Source: a virus
DNA: 64,000 nt
IMG/VR virus record: IMGVR_UViG_3300037461_001096
Coordinates: 1-64,000 of that record
Strand: one strand, 5' to 3'
Part shown: positions 57,479 through 64,000 of the stretch, one piece after another
Layout: each line of letters begins with the position of its first letter
Numbering within the stretch: position 1 is the stretch's first letter
Made by a program: the position numbers and the translations under genes
The notes under the pieces: generated by a model
What the model was told of the DNA's origin: nothing
Database searches by the model: none
Seen by the model: only the letters and a program-made list of their open reading frames with translations

Positions 57479-58090
57479 TTATGTTTGTCGGACGAGGATA
57501 GCAGACTCGAGCATAATGCCGAATAATGCAGATAATTGAACACTGAACGGCCATGAATTTTTTGACATCTTAATTTGCTCATGACGTAAATCGGAAACCA
57601 TTCGTTCATAAAATGGGCCGACACTTTTGTTTCCACGCATCCATTCACGAACCATATATTGTTGTAAAGACATAAAGTCGGCAGTCTTAACGACCGCCAT
57701 AATGTAATCATGCTCGTCATCTTCTTCATCTGCACATAGTTGTTGTAGTGCTGAAGGCAAGGACGCCATCATGTTAGCTTCTGCTTCAGAAATAGCAGAA
57801 CGAAGCTTTTCTGATGAATATTTAAAAGTTCGTACAAAGTCCCCAGTCCAACCTTCTATGAGGTCATGTGTAGCTGCCATAGTCATAATCCTTCCAAGCA
57901 AATGTTTATCAGATGGTCGAATAGTTGAATGAATCAGTGCCGCGTATAATCCAACCCAGTATTGATGGGTACTAACAAGTTCGTGAACAACTACTGGAAT
58001 GCTGCTAAACCGAACAACATCGTCTAATCGACGAACGTCTCCTGTAGCTGCTTCGAACATAGCTTTAAGATTTTCTAAAATATTTTCCAT
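57479..58090 (-). CDS. HD-domain 5'-deoxynucleotidase (YfbR-like)
   Basis: VVRFS..ELVSTH..THDLIEGWTGD..VKTAD; GAGGAG SD. Confidence 0.8.
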   Translation of the reverse strand: MENILENLKAMFEAATGDVRRLDDVVRFSSIPVVVHELVSTHQYWVGLYAALIHSTIRPSDKHLLGRIMTMAATHDLIEGWTGDFVRTFKYSSEKLRSAISEAEANMMASLPSALQQLCADEEDDEHDYIMAVVKTADFMSLQQYMVREWMRGNKSVGPFYERMVSDLRHEQIKMSKNSWPFSVQLSALFGIMLESAILVRQT

Positions 58091-58299
58091 GTAAAAATCT
58101 CCTCAGAAATACGTTGGAAATTTAAAATACAGTCACCACAGCATTTCTGGATTTGGAAATGATAAAGTTAAATAACTACTCGGGACAAATAAACCTCTCG
58201 TTAAGAATGAAGCAAATTGAACACCTACAAAAGCCTTTAAGAAATGAACGTCTAGGGGGTGTAAATTTCTAGTATGAGAATCATACAGGGGGTGAATTC

Positions 58300-59064
58300 A
58301 TGAATGACATACCCGAGTCTAGAAACGGCGAAGTGTCTTTGATTGAAGCTGCTAAAAATGGGGACTTGGAGACCATTAAACTTCTCACGGAGAATGGGGT
58401 AGACATCCATGCGAACAATGACTGGGCACTGTGGACGGCTGCCCACAACGGCCATCTGGATGTTACTCGTTTTCTAATAGAAAATGGAGCGGACATTCAC
58501 GCAGTAGAAGACATTACTCTTCGGTCTGCTGCTCACAACGGCCATTTGGAAGTTGTTCGTTTTTTGGTGGAGAAGGGGGCGGACATTCATGCACGTGATA
58601 ACCATGCACTCCAGTTTGCCGCTCTAAGTGGGCATTTTAGAATAGTTCGTTTTCTAGTAGAAAACGGGGCAGATATTCACGCAGATAATGAATTGGCATT
58701 TCGATTTTCTGCTAGAAACGGACACTTGAAAATTGTTCAGTTTCTAGCAGAAAATGGAGCAGACATCCGTATAGACAATGACTGGGCACTACGGTTTGCT
58801 ACTTTTTATGGACGTTTGGGGGTTGTCCGTTTTTTGGTGGAAAACGGGGCAGACATTCACGCAGTAGATCGTTTGGCACTTAGACTGGCTGCTGAAAAAA
58901 GATATGTAGAAGTTACCCGTTTTCTTGTAGAAAACGGGGCAGATCCATCATACCTCTTAACCGACAATGGCGACTCGACTAGAATCATGGAAGAAGTTCT
59001 TACAGAAGCTCAAATAGAGCAGGCAAAGCAACTTTTCGAAATTAGGAGAATTATGACAGACTAA
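58300..59064 (+). CDS. Ankyrin-repeat protein with conserved C-terminal tag
   Basis: About 7 repeats; ends QAKQLFEIRRIMTD. Confidence 0.95.
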   Translation: MNDIPESRNGEVSLIEAAKNGDLETIKLLTENGVDIHANNDWALWTAAHNGHLDVTRFLIENGADIHAVEDITLRSAAHNGHLEVVRFLVEKGADIHARDNHALQFAALSGHFRIVRFLVENGADIHADNELAFRFSARNGHLKIVQFLAENGADIRIDNDWALRFATFYGRLGVVRFLVENGADIHAVDRLALRLAAEKRYVEVTRFLVENGADPSYLLTDNGDSTRIMEEVLTEAQIEQAKQLFEIRRIMTD

Positions 59065-59133
59065 ATAATTTCATATTAATAATATGTAAAATATAAAGAG
59101 TAGTGTTTAACACAAACGAGATCCTGGTGAAAA

Positions 59134-59844
59134 ATGATACATTCTGTTAAAAAAGGTCAAATCATAACTTTCAGGGGAAATATATATATGGTTACCGATG
59201 TCAGTGATGCATTTAACCTCCTATGGCTAACGCCTAAGCCACAGGGGGAGGGCATGTGTGATGGTGTATACTGCAAGTCGACGGTGATGAAAGAAGCAGA
59301 CATCTTTACCTCAAAGTATACAAAGTTAGAAATTGACGCGATACTTGATGAACTTCGCTTGCTCCTCGAAAATTCATCTAAGGAAAGGGCATTATCTGAT
59401 AACAACAGTGGCCGAAAAATCCAGGAAGCCTTGAGATTACGTGTCGAACAGCTCGAAAAAGAACGCGATCTCGCTCCAAGTGATATTTTTTCAGCTACTG
59501 TCGAATCGCATAAAATCTTATGTGATGTCAAGCAGATGGGAGAGAAGGAAGCCTATGGGCAAGACCCAGCCTTCTATTACGGATCAGCCATTAGTGGCGA
59601 GGCCGGTGAAATGGTCAACAAAATGATAAAAGCTCTCAGGAACGGAGGTGATGCTACGAACAGGTTATTTGAGGCTGTAGTTTCTGAATTACCAGATATA
59701 TGTATCTACTCATTTGTACTAGCCTATGTACTTGACATTGACCTTACACATTTAGTATCAGAGAAGGCAAAAATAGTTATCCAAAGAGCAAAAAATGGGT
59801 ATTACGGCGGGCCCCTGGTCAGAACAACGCCAGATTGCACTTAG
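59134..59844 (+). CDS. MazG-like nucleotide pyrophosphohydrolase domain protein
   Basis: C-terminal AISGEAGEM..VVSELPDICIY..LDIDL (ExxE..ExxD). Confidence 0.7.
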   Translation: MIHSVKKGQIITFRGNIYMVTDVSDAFNLLWLTPKPQGEGMCDGVYCKSTVMKEADIFTSKYTKLEIDAILDELRLLLENSSKERALSDNNSGRKIQEALRLRVEQLEKERDLAPSDIFSATVESHKILCDVKQMGEKEAYGQDPAFYYGSAISGEAGEMVNKMIKALRNGGDATNRLFEAVVSELPDICIYSFVLAYVLDIDLTHLVSEKAKIVIQRAKNGYYGGPLVRTTPDCT

Positions 59845-59859
59845 CAATTTGAAGCAAGC

Positions 59860-61656
59860 ATGAATTTTAGTGTATGGCTTACAGAGTTTGTTAAATCCGG
59901 AAGTAATGAAATAAATGGGAATCTATTACTGTCAGTAATAGATCCAAACGGGAAATTCACTCAGTTAATTAAAGTGAAATGTAAATGTGGGGCTATTAGA
60001 ACAGTGTCCCTGTATGCATTTATATCACAAAATAAACAGGTTACTTGTGGTCGTTGCCATCTGTCAAAAATAAAAGAATCTGGTCAAACAACCTTTAATA
60101 ACTTAACCATCTTAAGTAACCTCGAAGAGTCTCGCGGATCTGATAGAGTTAAAGTTAAATGTTCATGCGGGAACGTTGTAGACAACGTCATTTTGCGACA
60201 GGTGTTCGCTGGTAATAAAAAGTCATGCGGATCATGCTCAGTGAACAAAGTCAAAAAATTTGGTCAAACCAAATTTGATAAACTACTAATACTGACACCC
60301 CTTGATTCGATCAAATTAATCTCTCAAAAAGTTGATGTTATATGTGACTGCGGGAACAAAGTTAAAGTTATTTATAGAAATTTAGTCACAGGTAATAGTA
60401 AGAGTTGTGGAAAATGTGAACTATTTTCATTGAAACAATCAGGGGTTGTTAAATGGGGGAGGCTGTCACTTATTGATGACCCATCAACGCTCAAATCATT
60501 GAGTCAACAAACCAGTTTCTTGTGTAATTGTGGGAGAGTTACACGGTTAAAATTATACAACGTTGTTTCTGGCCACACCACAACTTGTGGGAAATGTTAT
60601 GAACAAGTGAGGGCAGCGTTTGATAATCGAAAAGAAGAATTCAAAGAAATGCAGTTCCCAATTCCTCCAGGGAAGTTATTCGGGGTTATAGAATTCAAAA
60701 ATACCATATATAGTAGCAATACGAAATTAGATGCTAAATGTCCAATATGTAATAATAAATGGGCACCCGCATTCAAAGACATTAAGAGAGGTTATTCGCT
60801 AAGTTGTGGATGTTCACTTCATATTACGTCGGGACCACAAAGAGAAATCTTTGAACATATCATATCGACTGGTTTTGAAGCAATGTGTGAGGCTCGCATA
60901 GGCGGATTGAAATATGACATATTCATACCGTCTGCTTCTCTTGCTATTGAATATCATGGTCTCAAGTGGCATTCAACAGATTCAAGCAGGCGTTCTGACC
61001 TAAATAAATATAAAACTGCCATTGCCAGTGAGATTGATCTCATGGTAGTATACGAAGATGAATGGGAAAATAAAAGAAAACAGATTTGCGACATAATTAA
61101 TAACAGATTGAACGTAGCAAAGACAAAGTTTAGAATACGTCCTTCTAGATGTAGAATACTACACATTTCGAGTAATGCAGCTGACACATTCTATGATCAA
61201 AATCATTATATTGGAAAGACTTGTTCTAACATGAATATATGTGCCGAGTTTGATGGAAAAATTATTGCATGTATGTCTTTTAAACACCCAAATAGGCAGT
61301 CAAAATACACATTCGAGTTAACTAGAATGGCGTCTGACCTGGATTTTCGTGTTCATGGTATTTGGTCAAAACTTTTCAAAAAATTTGTGAATGAAACCAG
61401 TCCAGAATCGATCGTCTCATTTTCAGATAACAGACTTTTTACTGGAAAAGTATATGAAAAACTTGGGTTCAAATTTGATGGGAACGTAAAGCCTGATTAT
61501 TATTGGGCGAAAGGAAGACGTAGATTTAATAAATCTGGACTGAGAAAACCCCTGGGAACTATTGAAACAGAACAAGATCTACGCACGAGTCAGGGTTTTT
61601 TTAAAATTTGGGATCTAGGTAAAAAGAGATGGGTGTGGAAAACTCCCGAAAAATAG
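59860..61656 (+). CDS. Zn-ribbon repeat + PD-(D/E)xK nuclease + GNAT-like (Hef-type) fusion
   Basis: CxCG..SCGxC repeats, YDIFIP..IEYHGLKWH..YEDEW, NHYIG, SFSDNRLF, WDLGKKRWVW. Confidence 0.8.
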   Translation: MNFSVWLTEFVKSGSNEINGNLLLSVIDPNGKFTQLIKVKCKCGAIRTVSLYAFISQNKQVTCGRCHLSKIKESGQTTFNNLTILSNLEESRGSDRVKVKCSCGNVVDNVILRQVFAGNKKSCGSCSVNKVKKFGQTKFDKLLILTPLDSIKLISQKVDVICDCGNKVKVIYRNLVTGNSKSCGKCELFSLKQSGVVKWGRLSLIDDPSTLKSLSQQTSFLCNCGRVTRLKLYNVVSGHTTTCGKCYEQVRAAFDNRKEEFKEMQFPIPPGKLFGVIEFKNTIYSSNTKLDAKCPICNNKWAPAFKDIKRGYSLSCGCSLHITSGPQREIFEHIISTGFEAMCEARIGGLKYDIFIPSASLAIEYHGLKWHSTDSSRRSDLNKYKTAIASEIDLMVVYEDEWENKRKQICDIINNRLNVAKTKFRIRPSRCRILHISSNAADTFYDQNHYIGKTCSNMNICAEFDGKIIACMSFKHPNRQSKYTFELTRMASDLDFRVHGIWSKLFKKFVNETSPESIVSFSDNRLFTGKVYEKLGFKFDGNVKPDYYWAKGRRRFNKSGLRKPLGTIETEQDLRTSQGFFKIWDLGKKRWVWKTPEK

Positions 61657-61685
61657 GTAATCATGGATTTCATCCATGATTACCT
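61655..61685. terminator. Perfect 14-bp hairpin between convergent genes
   Basis: AGGTAATCATGGAT-TTC-ATCCATGATTACCT. Confidence 0.6.
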
Positions 61686-61775
61686 TCCGTCAAGTAGCGT
61701 AGGTCGACTAAACCACCAAATCATACTTGGTACAATAAATCAGCTGAATACCGAAGACGACGCGGCCCATGGAGA

Positions 61776-62492
61776 TTAGAATCCACGGTGTAACAGGGCG
61801 TCATTGATCTCAGCCACGATGGTGCGTGCGGCGTCAGCGGGGGATGAGGCGTCGCGGATCGGGCGGCCGATGACAAGCACATCGGCGCCATCGCTGATCG
61901 CGGATGCGGGCGTGGCGACACGTTTCTGGTCCTGGGTGGATGAGCCGGAAGGCCTGATGCCCGGAGTGATGAAAAACGCGGCAGCACCGAGGGCCTGGCG
62001 CAGGCTACGCACCTCGCGTGGGGAGCAAACGAAGGCGCGAACCCCGACGCTCCATGCCATGCGCGCAAGGTGAAGCACCTGGTCGGTGGACGAGCGAGTA
62101 CAGCCGATCGCCGACAGGTCACCATCGTCAAGGGAGGTTAGAACGGTAACGCCGACGACACGAAGGCCGGTGGCTTCGCGCGCGGCTCGAGAGACGGCGT
62201 GCTGGAGCATGGCAGGGCCGCCGGAGGTATGCACCGTGAGCAGATGAACGCCCATCGCGCAGGCGTTCGCGACGGCGCGTTCGACGGTGGCGGGGATGTC
62301 GTGGAGTTTCAGGTCGAGGAACACGTCGAATCCAGCGTCTCTGAGCTCGCGGGAGGCAGCAGGCCCCTCCCGGGTGAACATTTCAAGGCCGATCTTGGCG
62401 TAGCCGACGTGAGGGGCGAGCGAAGGCAGCAACTCACGCGCCGCAGCGAGCGAGGGGTAATCAAGAGCGAAGGCAAGGTGGTGCTTCGTCAT
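61776..62492 (-). CDS. pyrF: Orotidine-5'-phosphate decarboxylase (high-GC patch)
   Basis: ALD, KIG, FLDLKLHDIPATV, VTVLTS, TPGIR, DQKR, VIGRPI; start placed at MTKHH. Confidence 0.95.
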   Translation of the reverse strand: MTKHHLAFALDYPSLAAARELLPSLAPHVGYAKIGLEMFTREGPAASRELRDAGFDVFLDLKLHDIPATVERAVANACAMGVHLLTVHTSGGPAMLQHAVSRAAREATGLRVVGVTVLTSLDDGDLSAIGCTRSSTDQVLHLARMAWSVGVRAFVCSPREVRSLRQALGAAAFFITPGIRPSGSSTQDQKRVATPASAISDGADVLVIGRPIRDASSPADAARTIVAEINDALLHRGF

Positions 62493-62673
62493 GGGACACC
62501 GATGGGGTTGAAGGTTGGGGCGCGGCAGACTAAAGGTAGGAGCACATCGGGTCACCTTCGATGTACATATAAGTGGACCCGGGACTGCTAGGCCTCCTGC
62601 TGGAGTCATCATGATTCATAGCCCCTAGTGTGCTGAAGACACACGTCATGACCAAAAGAGCTATATAAGGGTG

Positions 62674-63075
62674 TCACAAAGACCCGTCTATATTTCCTTT
62701 AAGGACTGTATACATCGGAAGACTATTCTCATGCAACTTCTTACGCATCCGTTCGTCCTCATCATGGGGACTTTCGACAAGTTTGGAACTTTCAGCCATA
62801 CGGACTAGAATTGGGTCATCTGTGATGCGTAAAAGGTCCGACTTAGCTTTAGGTACTCTCTGTAAAAGTATCCACACTTGGGAATAAGTCAGCTCGTCCA
62901 ACACACACTTCGGAGGATATCCAGGGGCCCTGGGGACAAAGAATATATTGTCTGAGGTATCCCCGGTACATAAGGTGCAGTTATTCGGATCCGGATTTAC
63001 CCCGGCATCCGGGTCATACTCTTGGTTCGGGTCTCGATGACATGAATTTGAATTACAGTTACTATCATTACTCAT
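62674..63075 (-). CDS. Hypothetical protein
   Basis: 133 aa, GAGGT SD, coupled to the upstream hydrolase. Confidence 0.7.
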   Translation of the reverse strand: MSNDSNCNSNSCHRDPNQEYDPDAGVNPDPNNCTLCTGDTSDNIFFVPRAPGYPPKCVLDELTYSQVWILLQRVPKAKSDLLRITDDPILVRMAESSKLVESPHDEDERMRKKLHENSLPMYTVLKGNIDGSL

Positions 63076-63082
63076 GCATACC

Positions 63083-63835
63083 TCACAGTTCTACCATAGC
63101 TGCGACGACGCTGTCAGCTCCGAAAACAAGACCTTCAATATGCGGCTTTACATCTTTCCCTATGATAACTGACCCGCCTTGACCAAAATCATGAACAAAT
63201 GATTTGTTATATTCTTTACCCCATTTGTTAGCTACGGCTAGAACGCACGAATTATTCTTCACAAAGTCAATCCAATCAACCGAAGGAAATCCTGCGCCAC
63301 CCCAGTTCATAGGAGCTGCCACAATGTCAATCTTACGCCCAGAAAAAAGTCTTCCACCCGATTGGTTTCTATCTAAGATGTCCCTGCATACAACAACAGA
63401 CATCCACCCTAAGTCTGTTTGAATAATGTCGGGAGGTTTTTCAGCTGGCGTGGCCCAAAGGAAATCATTCCCCCATAAATTTAGTTTACGAACTGTCAAA
63501 ATTATATTACCGCTAGGATCGGCGATAGAAGCCGAATTATATAGGAAATCTTCATCCGTTTCCACAAAACCCCACACAGTATAGGCTTTCAAAGCCTTAG
63601 CTATATGAACCATTCGTTTCGCTGTTAGTCCGTCTGGTTTTTCCGCAACCTTGGCCGCGTCATCCCAGCATAGGAAGCTATAACCCGTAAAAGTTAGCTC
63701 AGGAAAAACGAGCATCTGGGTTCCAAGAGACGCTGCCTGTCTGATTAATGGTTCACAACGCCTAAAGTTATCAGATACGTCGGCCGGGCCTGCAGCGAAA
63801 CGAGGTTTATACTGGATTACTGTTATAATTGGCAC
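63083..63835 (-). CDS. Carbon-nitrogen hydrolase (nitrilase superfamily)
   Basis: Catalytic triad context FPEL..TGY, YNSA..RKLNL, VVCRD. Confidence 0.85.
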   Translation of the reverse strand: MPIITVIQYKPRFAAGPADVSDNFRRCEPLIRQAASLGTQMLVFPELTFTGYSFLCWDDAAKVAEKPDGLTAKRMVHIAKALKAYTVWGFVETDEDFLYNSASIADPSGNIILTVRKLNLWGNDFLWATPAEKPPDIIQTDLGWMSVVVCRDILDRNQSGGRLFSGRKIDIVAAPMNWGGAGFPSVDWIDFVKNNSCVLAVANKWGKEYNKSFVHDFGQGGSVIIGKDVKPHIEGLVFGADSVVAAMVEL

Positions 63836-64000
63836 GGAAAGACTCTCTAATGAGAGGTTTACTTTATTGTTATAAATCCATTTGACAGCATTCTGTTCTC
63901 ATCGCGTTGTTTCATGTTTTCGAATTTTTTCCTCATGGACATTGTGTTTGCTTCTATGACTGAAATAGCTTCCACCACAGTTTTGAATCTAACGTCCGCA

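Noticed and set aside
27372-61656. Nuclease genes as intron- or intein-encoded
   Set aside because: Flanking genes look complete, no split host gene or intein terminal motifs were seen, and several nuclease genes are antisense to their neighbours.
1-64000. Eukaryotic giant virus origin suggested by Mimivirus-like ankyrin repeats
   Set aside because: Tail sheath, sigma70, RecA, Shine-Dalgarno sites and operon-style overlaps indicate a bacteriophage.

Overview
This is a 64 kb segment of a large contractile-tailed (myovirus-type, probably jumbo) bacteriophage genome, mostly of moderate-to-low GC. Evidence for a phage: a 1702-aa tail sheath gene, neck/tail-like genes, Shine-Dalgarno sites, overlapping stop/start codons and bacterial-type RecA, RuvC, SbcC and sigma70 genes. 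It carries nucleotide-metabolism genes: pyrK, pyrD and pyrF on clearly high-GC, recently acquired patches, plus purQ, purC, dCMP deaminase, a degenerate dUTPase, an HD nucleotidase and a MazG-like protein. Four features stand out. (1) Eight ankyrin-repeat genes (two disrupted) exchange identical repeat blocks, and seven end in a constant C-terminal tag (..LFxVRKIMTD*) that resembles the C-termini of several unrelated proteins. (2) A conserved GC-rich quasi-palindromic element sits at eight gene boundaries in the first 9.2 kb, including the junction of the captured pyrK-pyrD cassette. (3) Six genes plus one relic fuse a nuclease (HNH or PD-(D/E)xK) to a Mom-like GNAT domain. (4) A short N-terminal [IL]AxR[IV]A motif recurs on putative virion proteins. 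All family calls come from motif recognition by eye; no database searches were run.
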